DNA of 63,989 nucleotides, filler included, from Lama guanicoe (Eukaryota), in NCBI GenBank assembly GCA_013239625.1. It is 77 parts of 76 records of this genome, joined end to end, with 100 filler letters (N's around TTAATTAATTAA, not from the genome) between each part and the next. Parts side by side here need not be neighbours in the genome. Positions count along the whole stretch, not along the records: positions 24,053 to 24,997 come from PNXV01021298.1; positions 25,098 to 26,091 come from MU056527.1; positions 26,192 to 27,059 come from PNXV01021302.1; positions 27,160 to 28,016 come from PNXV01021303.1; positions 28,117 to 29,025 come from PNXV01021305.1; positions 29,126 to 30,008 come from PNXV01021306.1; positions 30,109 to 30,924 come from PNXV01021309.1; positions 31,025 to 31,490 come from PNXV01021312.1; 69 more parts are not named here. The stretch is one strand, 5' to 3'. How positions within the stretch are numbered: the stretch's first letter is position 1; every line of letters begins with the position of its first letter. The notes under the pieces were generated by a model. The model searched no databases, was not told the DNA's origin, and saw only the letters and a list, made by a program, of their open reading frames with translations. A program made the position numbers and the translations under genes. This document shows, one piece after another, positions 24,053-35,804 of this stretch.

Positions 24053-24997
24053 CTGGGTTTTTTCCTAATGTCTCTGTGCCAGAGAATGCTAGGGGTTGTT
24101 TACAGGAAATCCCAGTGCTAGAGGCTGCCTCCCCATTTTCAGGGAACAAGTTTCTCAGAATTCCCCCTAACAGGGAACACCTGTGACTGAAGAGAGCTGC
24201 GTGGAGTTGTCTCTCGAGCTCCCCACTCACTGACAATGGTTCCGGAATCCTGAACGTGGGATTCCACCAACGGTCTTCAGCGCGTGGGTTCTAACGGAAT
24301 GCCTAAGCTAGACTCCCCTGGGTTTTTTCCTAATATCTCTGTGCCAGGGAATGCTAGGAGGATTTGCTTGAAATCCCAGTGACAGAGGCTGCCTCCCCAA
24401 GTTCAGGGAAGGTATTTCTCGGACTTCCCCCTAACAGGGAACACCTGTGACTGAAGAGAGCTGCGTGAAGTTGTCTCTCGAGCTCCCCACGCACTGACAA
24501 TTGTTCCGGAATCCTGAGCTTGGGGAGGTTTCACTAACGGTCGGCAGAACCTGGGTTCTAACGGAATGCCTAAGCTCGACTCCGCTGGGTTTTTTCCTAA
24601 TGTCTCTGTGCCAGGGAATGCTAGGGGTGTTTGCAGGATATCACAGTGACAGAGACTGCCTCCCCAAGTTCACGGAAGGTATTTCTCAGAATTCCCCCTA
24701 ACAGGGAACACCTGTGACTGAAGAGAGTTGCGTGGAGTTCTCTCTACAGCTCCCCACCCACTGACAATTGTTCCGGAATCCTGAACGTGCGAAGGTTCCA
24801 CCAAAGGTCGGCAGCGCGTGGGGTATAACGGAATGACTAAGCTCGACTCACCTGGGTTTTTTCCTAATGTCTCTGTGCCAGAGAATGCTAGGGGTTGTTT
24901 GCAGGAAATCCCAGTGCTAGAGGCTGCCTCCCCAATTTCAGGGAAGACGTTTCTCAGAATTCCCCCTAACAGGAAACACCTGTGACTGAAGAGAGCT
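24053..24997 (-). repeat. 267-bp satellite array, about 3.5 monomers
   Basis: CTGGGTTTTTTCCTAAT occurs at 24053, 24318, 24585 and 24852 (periods 265, 267, 267). Confidence 0.97.
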
Positions 24998-26808
24998 NNN
25001 NNNNNNNNNNNNNNNNNNNNNNNNNNNNNNNNNNNNNNNNNTTAATTAATTAANNNNNNNNNNNNNNNNNNNNNNNNNNNNNNNNNNNNNNNNNNNNACA
25101 CACACACACAAAACACCAAAAACAAAGCAAAAACAAGCAGCAAGGCAAAGCGCCAAGTCACCTTGAGGCCTTGCGCATTCTGCCACTAACCCTTTTGGGG
25201 TCAGTGATTCAGTGATCCAGAAGCTCAAATCTTTTTAACTGAATATGGGGACAATATGGATGTTCATCCAGCCACAGACACCTGCCCCCTTGATTTCCAG
25301 TGTCGATTTTGTTTTTCCTGATATCAAGATATCTCTTTTCAGCCTCATCCTTGCTTCCCAAAGCTGTGTGCCCTGGTAGACAGGCAACTTAGCATTCAGA
25401 ATGAATTCACAGCACATATAGGCAGCTACACTAAATGTCTGAGAGCAAGGGCCATGGTTCATTTTGTCTCTGTTTGAGACAAGGTCACTACCTGTTAAAG
25501 CTGTATGATATTGAGAAATTATATCAACAACTCCCTGAGCTTGTACGTCCTTTTCGGTAACATTAGGATAACAACAGCAGGAACCTCAAAGTGCTGTGAT
25601 GAAATCTCTAGGTAAGGGTCATGCGTGGTGAGCCCTCTAGAAGAGCACCAGCCACACGTATCAATTGTTAATGGCCTTCAGTCTCATTAATGACAATCCA
25701 AGGTTCTAGTGAGTAGACAGCAGCAGTATGTATGCCACATGCACGTAATGCTCAGAGTATATTAAACTTACTCACTTTATTTTCTAATTTTCTGGTTAGA
25801 AAACCAAGGTGACTGTCTCTCTCAATGGTACTTCTCTGGTGACTCTGCCACCTGCAGTGAGCTCTCCTAGCGACACAGTGCCCAAGCCGGCACCAGCCCT
25901 CCTCCGTAAGGGTTTCCTTCATTCTTGGAGGCGTTCGCCCCTGGGGAATTCAGTTACCTGCCCTTTGCCAAGCGGGGCCCGGTTTGGGCTTGCAGATAGT
26001 CTTTGCACAACGTATGTGCTAAATATATTTCTCTCTGTTTTTATCGTTCTTTGAAATACTCTTTTTAAAAAATGTTCTTTGGTTAACATGANNNNNNNNN
26101 NNNNNNNNNNNNNNNNNNNNNNNNNNNNNNNNNNNTTAATTAATTAANNNNNNNNNNNNNNNNNNNNNNNNNNNNNNNNNNNNNNNNNNNNCACAGAATT
26201 AAGAGCTTGGCGTGAGTCACCGGCCCGTCACAGCACCCTGGGAGACAGGAATCCGTGCTGACCCCGTCTGACAGATGAAGAAACTGCTCCTCCGTGCCTG
26301 TGTTGGGTCCCCGGTTACCCAACTGGCAAACGGCAGGGGTAAGCCTGGCATCAAAGCCCATCTGAACACAGTCAGTTACGCTTTTCTGAGGGCCTGAGTG
26401 CTGACCTGGTATTTTGCAGACGCAGGACAGCGAGCCCCACCTGGAGACCAGCTGCGGCAAGGTTCTGTCCCAGCCCGAACCCTGGGACTGCATCTCTTTG
26501 TGCTCCATGACTACAGCAATTAATTCAGAGATAATGATGGGAGAGGGCGTGACTGGGCGGGGAGGAGAAAGGTTTACCCAACGGCTTTTATATTCACAAT
26601 GGTTTACTACAGACAACGGGGAGAGGAAACGTGCCAAAATGACCAACAGCTCTTAGAGGCAGACAGAGTTGGGTCCCTTTAAACGTACAGACATTGAAAC
26701 AAAACCTACACCGTCTCACTCGATTTCCCAACCTGAAGCCACCTGTAAAGAGCTCGCATTCAAGCCACATTCTTCTGTTTGTTTTTTCTTTCACCAGGAG
26801 GGTTGAGT

Positions 26809-26933
26809 TTTTCCTACAAATTTACAAATAAATGGAGAACTCTTAATAAGCTATAAAATCTGACCTCCACATTTTCCTACAAATTTACAAATAAATGGAG
26901 AACTCTTAATAAGCTATAAAATCTGACCTCCAC
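26809..26933. repeat. Exact 62-bp tandem duplication
   Basis: 26809-26870 is identical to 26872-26933. Confidence 0.9.
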
Positions 26934-27526
26934 CAACGGTTTTTAAAGTGCAAAATGCAGTCTTCTGGGTATGAGAATGTAAGGGTCCTTCCGTAGGCTG
27001 GAGTGATTTCGCCTCACCCCCAGCAGCTCTCAAAATCATAGCCCCTACGGCTGTTCTCANNNNNNNNNNNNNNNNNNNNNNNNNNNNNNNNNNNNNNNNN
27101 NNNTTAATTAATTAANNNNNNNNNNNNNNNNNNNNNNNNNNNNNNNNNNNNNNNNNNNNAAATGATTCACTGATCTGTAAATATAAGTAGTATGTATCTT
27201 ATAGATGTGTATTTCACAATACAGAAAGCCAAAATCCTTAGGTGACCTCTAATGACACATATGTAAAATATTCATAAAATTATGGAGACAGGACCTCAGA
27301 GACAAGCAGAACTCTCCTTTCATTTTACAGATCTCAGAGAGGTTACAGTGATCTGACTAAGGTTTCAGAAAAAGTGGTTAAGGAAGGACTACAGTCTGGG
27401 ACTTCTGATTCTTATTTAAGAGGTCCTCACACTAAAGACAGGGGGTGCTGAACTACATATCAACCCCAAATGAAAGATGGAAAGTAAATGGAAGATTGTT
27501 ATTTTATGTAGAAGATAAGTCAGTGG

Positions 27527-27788
27527 ACAAAAGTGTAATTGAAACAGTGCCTAGCACCTGCTAAGCACTCTAATGTCATTCAAATTGTAGTTAAAATATA
27601 TATAATTCTTCCTATATACCAATGAATAAAAAGGTTTAAATTACTTTTTAATGTTTTACAAAAGTGTAATTGAAACAGTGCCTAGCACCTGCTAAGCACT
27701 CTAATGTCATTCAAATTGTAGTTAAAATATATATAATTCTTCCTATATACCAATGAATAAAAAGGTTTAAATTACTTTTTAATGTTTT
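27527..27788. repeat. Exact 131-bp tandem duplication
   Basis: 27527-27657 is identical to 27658-27788. Confidence 0.9.
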
Positions 27789-28149
27789 AGAAGATTCTAA
27801 GATGCCCCAGTCATAGCTAAATTAACCTTGAAAAAAGATCAATTTAAGATACTTGAGAGTAATTCTGTCACGCCTTCCGCTTTTCACAAACACTTCTGAT
27901 AGTGTATCATACTCCCTTTGGCCTCCTTGTTACTATAGACACAAATGCATTTTCACTTTCAAAAGAACTCCTTGAGCACTGTAAATGAATCTCTTCTGAA
28001 GCTTTAAAAACTAGAANNNNNNNNNNNNNNNNNNNNNNNNNNNNNNNNNNNNNNNNNNNNTTAATTAATTAANNNNNNNNNNNNNNNNNNNNNNNNNNNN
28101 NNNNNNNNNNNNNNNNAAAAGGTCATGTCCTTTCTTCATCATCTAGTCT

Positions 28150-28399
28150 TCTTTGTAGTTGTCTAGGCTGTGTCTTCCAGAGCGGTAGCAGCCATCTTGC
28201 AACCAAGAGAGACAAGCCGAAGGACAAAAGCTGACATCCTGAAAACAGAAGACGAAATCTGTACCCTTGATGATTAAGTCCAGAACTTCTGACTTCCAAG
28301 CTTCCAGAATTCTAGGCACATAAGATACTAAAACATTCTTAGGTTTCTGGTCTAATCTTAATTGTGTGTCTGTTGTTGCATCTAAGAGTGCCATGATAC
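28150..28399 (+). mobile_element. MaLR LTR (MLT1-type) 3' part
   Basis: GCAGCCATCTTGCAACCA...CCTTGATGA...TCTGTTGTTGCATCTAAGAGTGCCATGATACA, ending in the typical ..GATACA. Confidence 0.6.
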
Positions 28400-29307
28400 A
28401 AATATCTTCGACAGGAAAAAGTATATGTATACACACATACATATACATAGAGAGAGACAGAGAGAGACAGACATATATTATATATACATAGTAGTTTGTA
28501 AACTTACTTACCCAAAAATATATATATACATACATATATATATACATATATATATCATACAAGCATAATTTCAGTTGGTGCTTTGAGTAAACTTATTGGT
28601 AGCTAGAAAGAAACAAGTTTAAAGGTAGAGAAAGAATGGGATACTCTTGAAAAAAGGCATAGATTGGAAAAAAAATTGGGAGAATGAGAGAAAGGTAAAT
28701 TTTTGGGCTGAGTGAGTCCTTCAAAAAAATATATGAGAATGAGACTGAGTACAGAAAAGAAGAATTTTGGCACCAAAGAAGAGGAGGGATGTTTTATCCT
28801 CTGAAACTGAAAGAAAAAAGATAAGAATTACTACTGAGCTATATTCACCATGTAGAAGCAGGAAGCTGATGGATTTTATCAATAACTCCCTGGATTTTCT
28901 TTTTAAAGTGTGAAGTTTTTTGATGACAGGGATTGAAGTAATATCTGGTAGTTTGTGCGCTTGTGAAGCTGGTGATTTTTCAGGAAAATTGCAGAGAGGA
29001 ATGAGAGAAGCTGATCAAAGGGATTNNNNNNNNNNNNNNNNNNNNNNNNNNNNNNNNNNNNNNNNNNNNTTAATTAATTAANNNNNNNNNNNNNNNNNNN
29101 NNNNNNNNNNNNNNNNNNNNNNNNNGCCCCTGGAACGAGACTGTGGCCTCGTCAAGAGCCTGCGAGCCTGGTCATGAGGCTTGGGCTCCATCGGGCACGG
29201 GAAGCAAGTGAGGAGTGTTCTTAAAGCGGGGCTTGGTGGCATCTATTTTCTAAAAGCAGGGTTCTTCAGGCTGCGTGGGGCTTGAGTAATGGGCAGAGGC
29301 CGGGATG

Positions 29308-30008
29308 AGGGGACGAGGAGGGCATTCCGTCGGGAGGAAGACCAGGTCCGGGGCAGTGGGAGCAGAGAGGAGGGAGAGACGGGACCCGGGACCCAGGTCT
29401 CCACTGCCGGGCAGTGTGATTGCTAACTGGACAGAGGGAACGGGGGTGGAGGGTATCACTGAGATTTCTGGTTCTGTCCTCAAGGTAAAGACTAAAGTTC
29501 TTAGAAGGAAGATGGAAGGCCTTCATGATCTGGGGTCCTCAGTCTTCCCCTGGCCCCCAGGAGCCCTGGTTAGCCGTCAGGGTGAGTTCTGGGAATTCAT
29601 TTTTGCCCTGAGACAGCCTGATCACACACACACCCCTGGGTTGACCTGTGGGAGATGGACCCACAGCACCTCCCCAGAGAGCTTCCTCACATACACCCCT
29701 TCCTTAAGGTTCTTATCAAGGAGACCAACCCTGTCCTCTATCAATTCCTTTAGAGACCGAGCAAAGGACTACATAGAAAGGGCAGTGCACGCTCCAAAAC
29801 TTTCAAGAAACATTCTTTTCCTGAAAGAAATCCTAGGAGGAAGCTCAACTTAGAAAACAGAGGAGAGTGGGGGTCATGCTGGATGAAGTGTGCGTGTCGG
29901 GGGGCCGGGAGCCCTGCCCGCTGGCCACCCGCGACATCTGCTTTATGCTTGGAGCCTCTTGGCACCGTCCTGGGCCCCCGGGCTCTGTGGACCGCACAGA
30001 AACTCCCT
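29308..30008 (+). repeat. Copy 1 of a ~700-bp segment also present at 52215-52941
   Basis: Near-identical to the second copy; both end at ...CACAGAAACTCCCT. Confidence 0.95.
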
Positions 30009-30234
30009 NNNNNNNNNNNNNNNNNNNNNNNNNNNNNNNNNNNNNNNNNNNNTTAATTAATTAANNNNNNNNNNNNNNNNNNNNNNNNNNNNNNNNNNNN
30101 NNNNNNNNGTGTGCTCTGGGGGAAGTACCCCCACGGCAGCCCCCACCAAAAAGTAGAGAGCAAGTTCACGAACTTTGAGGTGTGTTCCTACAACCTAGAG
30201 AGGCAGCTAGGAAAGGTTGAGGTCCACGTCAAAT

Positions 30235-30561
30235 AAAAAAGATAATACGGAGGTTGACATTTGCAAATCTCAACCTCCCAAATGGATCCCTTCCCACCCA
30301 TTTCCCTGGTGGCTAGAAGACTGTTCATTACGTCTGCAAGTCTGTTTCCTTTGTAGATGAGTTCGTTACGTTAGTGTCCTCTTTTTTCTTTTTCTTTTTT
30401 TTTTCACATTCTGTGTAGCTTGTAATAACCTTTAATGAAAAAGAATATGAAAATGAATATATGTATGTATATGCATGCCTGGGACATTATGCTGTGCACC
30501 AGAAATTGGCACGTTGTAACTGACTATACTGCAATAAAAAAAAAGATAATATGGATGTTGA
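30235..30561 (+). mobile_element. Complete 5'-truncated, 5'-inverted L1 insertion with TSD
   Basis: Antisense L1 3' UTR (~30258-30410) is fused to the sense 3' end and A-tail (~30418-30544). Flanks: AAAAAAGATAATACGGAGGTTGA and AAAAAAGATAATATGGATGTTGA. Confidence 0.85.
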
Positions 30562-31590
30562 GGGAAACACTCTACAGATCATTATGCCAAACAAGCCCCT
30601 TTCACCAGGTTGTGGTCCTTTCTAAGCCCTCAGGTGATAAATCTCTGGAGGGATTCACAGAGGCCATCATAAAACATCAACGTTTAGCCCCTGGTTTTGA
30701 AAAGGAAGAATGGAAAAAAATCTGATCGCACCCTTCACTCGGGTAATCTCTGGTGCTCTCAGGATGGCTACTTGGTAGCCCCAGGTGACTTCAAGTGGAT
30801 AAGTTTTTCCATGAAACCATTATATGTCTATTTTTAGGATGAGTTGAAGCCTTTATTTGCCAAAAAGCTACAGTTCTTACAGCTGCAAAAAAAAGTTGCT
30901 TGATTTTCGTGTTTCCAATCTGGTNNNNNNNNNNNNNNNNNNNNNNNNNNNNNNNNNNNNNNNNNNNNTTAATTAATTAANNNNNNNNNNNNNNNNNNNN
31001 NNNNNNNNNNNNNNNNNNNNNNNNTCTAGGATCATGGCCCAGAAATGAAAATTATTTTTTAAGTTAACTTCTACAGACCAGAATAAAATAAAACTTTAAC
31101 TAAATACATAACATTAGGAAAACTGCAACTCGTTATTCAGGATCAAGGAAAACTTACAAATCACACCAAAAAGAAAAGTTTAGCTTATTCCAACAAGCTT
31201 GTAACCATTTGTGAAGTCTAAAATATTTTAAATATCTTTAAGCTATTGAAATATATCACTAGGGCAATTGAACAAATCTTTATTAAGGTAAGTTTTTACA
31301 TTCTCCACACACTCAAGCTATGTCTGTACTGATATTTCAAACCAGAAGCTTGAAGCCTTTCTTTCCTTGAAGTGATGAAGGTTATTCTCTCTTAGTATTT
31401 CATTTATCTTGCATTTCGATCACATGCCCTGTAAACATTGTAGAGAAATCTCAATGAAATCTTAGCTCTGGTATGTTTTGTATTGACAGGNNNNNNNNNN
31501 NNNNNNNNNNNNNNNNNNNNNNNNNNNNNNNNNNTTAATTAATTAANNNNNNNNNNNNNNNNNNNNNNNNNNNNNNNNNNNNNNNNNNNN

Positions 31591-31898
31591 CAGATCACTG
31601 GAACAAAATAGAGAGCCCAGAAGTAAACCCACACACTTAAGGTCCATTAATCTATGACAAAGGAGGTAAGAATATACGATGGAGAGGAGACAATTTCTCC
31701 AGCAAGTGGCTTCAGGAAGACTGGACTGCCACACGTAGGACAATGGAATCAGAACGTTCCCTTACACTGTATACAACAATAAACTGAAAATGGTTTAAAG
31801 ACCCAAATGTAGAACCTGAAACCATAAAAACCCCTAAAAGAGGACATAGGTGGAATGCTCTTTGACATAAATCTTAGCATTGGATCGGTCTCCTAAGG
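31591..31898 (+). mobile_element. L1 ORF2 fragment
   Basis: TGGAACAAAATAGAGAGCCCAGAAGTAAACCCACAC...TATGACAAAGGAGG. Confidence 0.88.
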
Positions 31899-31998
31899 NN
31901 NNNNNNNNNNNNNNNNNNNNNNNNNNNNNNNNNNNNNNNNNNTTAATTAATTAANNNNNNNNNNNNNNNNNNNNNNNNNNNNNNNNNNNNNNNNNNNN

Positions 31999-32786
31999 TA
32001 TAGAGGAAACATATCTTGACTAATAAAGACAATTTATAACAAACCCACAACCAACATAATATTCAATGGTGAAGACTTTAAAATAACTTCCTGCTAAATT
32101 CAGCAACAATAAAAGGATGATCACTCTCGATGCGTCTATTTAATATAGTAGTGAAAATCTTAGCCATAGCAATCAGACAAGTAAAAGAAATGAAAGTTAT
32201 CTAAACTGGAAGGGAAGCGGTAACCTCTTTGCAGATTATAAGGTATTATTATAGGAAACTCTAAAGTCTCCACCCCAAAACTATTAGAACTAATAAATGA
32301 ATTCATCAAGGTTGCAGGATACAAAATTAATATACAAAAATCTGTTACATTTCTATACACTAATAATGAAATATCAGAAAGAGAAAATTCTTTTAATCTT
32401 ATTTAAAATGGTATAAAAATGCTTAGAAATAAACTTAAGCAAGGAGGTGAAAACAATACTCTGAAAACTATAAGGCATTTATGAAGGAAACTGAAGATAA
32501 TATGAAGAATCGGAAAGATAAGCTGTGCTCTTTGCTTGGAACAATTAATAATTTTTAAATGGCTATACTACCTAAAGTAATCTATGGATTCAATGCAATT
32601 TCTATCAAAATATCCATGACAATTTTCACAGAACTAATCCAATAATCCTAAAATTCATGTGGAATCACAAAAGATCCCAAACTGTGAAAGCAATCTTGTG
32701 AATAAAGAAAGTATAACCCTTCCAGACTTCAGACTATACTGCAAATCTACAAGGTACTGCATCAAAACAGCATGGCATTGGCACAA
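31999..32786 (+). mobile_element. L1 ORF2 RT fragment
   Basis: AAACCCACAACCAACATAAT, GAACTAATAAATGAATTCATCAAGGTTGCAGGATACAAAATTAAT and similar motifs. Confidence 0.92.
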
Positions 32787-32886
32787 NNNNNNNNNNNNNN
32801 NNNNNNNNNNNNNNNNNNNNNNNNNNNNNNTTAATTAATTAANNNNNNNNNNNNNNNNNNNNNNNNNNNNNNNNNNNNNNNNNNNN

Positions 32887-33541
32887 TCTATATTCTATAT
32901 TCTATATTCTGCATTCCGTATTCTATATTCTTTATTCTGTGTCCTCAATTCTATATTCTAAATTCTATATTAATATTCTGTATACTATATTGTAAATTAT
33001 GTGTTCCGCATTCTATGTTCTAAATTCTATATTCAGTATTCTGTATTCTATATTCTAAATTCTGTGTTCTACATTATATATTCATATTCTATATTTAGTA
33101 TTCGGTATTCTATATTCTAAATTCAGTGTTCTACATTCCATGTTATAAATACTGTGTTCTATTTTTTCTATTCTATATTCTATATTTTGTGTTCATCGTT
33201 CTATACTCTATATAGTATATTCTGCATTCCGTAGACTATATTCTACATTCTGTGTTCTACATTCTATATTCTAAATTCTATATTCAGTATTTTTTATTCT
33301 ATATTCTATATTCTGTGTTCTATATTTTATATTCTAAATTCTATATTCAGTATTCTGTACAGTATTCTGTATTCTATATTTAAATTCTGTGTTCTACATT
33401 GTATATTCATATTCTATATTCAGTATTCTGTATTCTATATTCTTAATATAGTGTTCTGCATTCCACGTTCTAAATTCTGGGTTCTATATTCAATACTCTA
33501 TATTCTATATTCTGTGTTCTATATTGTATATTCTATATTCT
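32887..33541 (+). repeat. Heptamer-periodic AT-rich satellite
   Basis: Same word set. Confidence 0.95.
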
Positions 33542-33641
33542 NNNNNNNNNNNNNNNNNNNNNNNNNNNNNNNNNNNNNNNNNNNNTTAATTAATTAANNN
33601 NNNNNNNNNNNNNNNNNNNNNNNNNNNNNNNNNNNNNNNNN

Positions 33642-33776
33642 GCCGCCCTCTTCCTCCTCCTCCTCCTCCTCCTCGTCCTCCTCCTCCTCCTTCACCCAAA
33701 TGTCCTGCTCATCCATGGAATCCTCAGCCTCTCTTGGGTCCTGAAAGTCGGCTTCAGTGTGGTGGAGGTCACGCAT
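33642..33776 (-). CDS. MAGE-A family gene, N-terminal CDS (partial, MAGE homology domain not in contig)
   Basis: Reads MRDLHHTEADFQDPREAEDSMDEQDIWVKEEEEDEEEEEEEEEGG and lies in the terminal exon, which starts at 33854 (ccccag|GCCCGTGGGTCCCCAT). MAGE-A genes have ccccag|GCCAGTGGGTCTCCAT (recalled). Confidence 0.75.
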
Positions 33777-33928
33777 CTGAACGGGAGGCACGGTGAGTGG
33801 TGTCGGGCAGCTGAGAGGAGCGAGGCCAGGGGTGACAGATGGGGACCCACGGGCCTGGGGAAGAAAGGGAGTGTCAGCGGCCCGGGCTGAGAAACCCACC
33901 CTGGGGGGCTCTGACAAAGGCCACTTAC

Positions 33929-33997
33929 AGGTCTCCTCTCCAGGGGTGCCCTCGGCCTCACAGGGGCTCTCCTCCTGGTGGACGGTCGTCTGTGAAC
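33929..33997 (-). other. MAGE-A family penultimate non-coding exon (69 bp), followed by a 74-bp intron (33855-33928)
   Basis: ctcacttcccccgtcag|GTTCAC...GGAGAGGAGACCT|gtaagtggcctttgtcagagcc parallels human MAGEA ctcacttcctccttcag|GTT...GGAGAAGATCT|gtaagtaagcctttgttagagcc (recalled). Confidence 0.8.
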
Positions 33998-35804
33998 CTG
34001 ACGGGGGAAGTGAGGCGGCTCCTCAGGGTGCAGCAAAAGGGGGGCGACGTGTGTGGAGTGGACGTTGGCGTCGTGGGGTCCCCTCTGTTCCAGGAGCCCC
34101 CGGGCACACACTCAGGGCCCACACCTCACCTTCAGTCCTGGCACTGCCGGCCTCCTGTGCTCTGTGACCCGAGGACACGTGCCTCAGACCTAGGCCTTCA
34201 CCTCCCAGTGTCTGGAGCCCCTGGGAGAGAAAGGCGGGGAGACCTGGGGTCTCCACTGTGGCACAGCCCTGGACCCACGTGCTGGCAGGAGGCCTGGGCT
34301 CTGTCAGGTTCCCACTCTTCTAGGGTGGGAGGTCCTCTCCGCGCTAACTCAGGNNNNNNNNNNNNNNNNNNNNNNNNNNNNNNNNNNNNNNNNNNNNTTA
34401 ATTAATTAANNNNNNNNNNNNNNNNNNNNNNNNNNNNNNNNNNNNNNNNNNNNCCTTCTCCTGGGCCTCCTTTGTGAGAATCCAGTGCCTTTTGAGGTGA
34501 CCTGTGCCAGGAGATGCCTCCCCCTCCAGGGAGCTCCCTACAGAGGACTGTGACTCAGTGCACCATGCTGTGAGCTTCTGGGGTTCCGGCCGTTGTCCCT
34601 GCAGAACCAGACTTGATATGGGCTTAGCAATGGAAAAAATAGGACTGATTCCAGGGCAGGGCTTGGGGGAGGGAACAGTGAAATTGAATGTGACCTCAAA
34701 CAACTAGGTGGGTGCTGGGGCTGTTACTAAAATGGGGAGCCTGGGAGGTACCTGCCAGGATTCGAATTCCAGAGTAAATGGTGGACATGAGGCATTTTTA
34801 AGATGCCATTTCTCATTCAAGTTAGGACTTCAAAGAGGCACTCGTGTNNNNNNNNNNNNNNNNNNNNNNNNNNNNNNNNNNNNNNNNNNNNNNNNNNNNN
34901 NNNNNNNNNNNNNNNNNNNNNNNNNNNNNNNNNNNNNNNNNNNNNNNNNNNNNNNNNNNNNNNNNNNNNNNNNNNNNNNNNNNNNNNNNNNNNNNNNNNN
35001 NNNNNNNTGGTGTGTCAGTCAGCGGCGTTTGCGATTTTCAGACAAAAGCCATTTATCTTTAAGGGGCCGGGGGGAGGGCAGGGCCAGCCAGGAAGAAATC
35101 TGAAGGGAGGGTCGTGGCCACGTGTGTGTCTTGGGAAGCTGCAGAGGCTGCAGGGTCTGGGAGGGGAGAATCCTGAGAAGCTGGAGTCGGAGTGGGGTGA
35201 AGGTAGTCACACTCACCTGTGAAGGGGGAGTCCTTGGGTGTCCCCACCCTACCGGACTCGCTTTCCCATGAACAGAAGCAATCATGCANNNNNNNNNNNN
35301 NNNNNNNNNNNNNNNNNNNNNNNNNNNNNNNNTTAATTAATTAANNNNNNNNNNNNNNNNNNNNNNNNNNNNNNNNNNNNNNNNNNNNCACAGCAAGCGT
35401 CCTTTCTCTTTCCCCTTGTTACCTTAAAAAAGCCTTTGCTGGGTCACCCACCCCTCTGAATATGAACTCACAATGTGCTGAAGTTGCAGTCACTATGTGC
35501 ATACATCCCAGTTTTGGTTAGGTTTCCTTCACAAGATCTTCATTAAAGAGCTGCATCTAGAAGTTTAAAGAGGCTATTCTTTCATCTGAGTGGAGGAGAC
35601 TGCAAAAAATTTTAATGGCTTTGAAGAGAGAGTTAAACAGAGACAGAGATATTGTGGGTCCTAGTCAAAAGTGTCATGAAGAAAAATGTTCTCCCAAGGC
35701 TCAGNNNNNNNNNNNNNNNNNNNNNNNNNNNNNNNNNNNNNNNNNNNNTTAATTAATTAANNNNNNNNNNNNNNNNNNNNNNNNNNNNNNNNNNNNNNNN
35801 NNNN

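Noticed and set aside
2089..27788. Exact tandem duplications at 2089-2317, 26809-26933 and 27527-27788 as biological events
   Set aside because: They are 100% identical, of read-length scale and recur in unrelated contigs, so gap-closing artefacts are more likely. Read data are needed to exclude real duplications.
29305..29853. 182-aa ORF in the duplicated segment
   Set aside because: No recognisable domain, and the frame is disrupted by indels in the second copy at 52215-52941.
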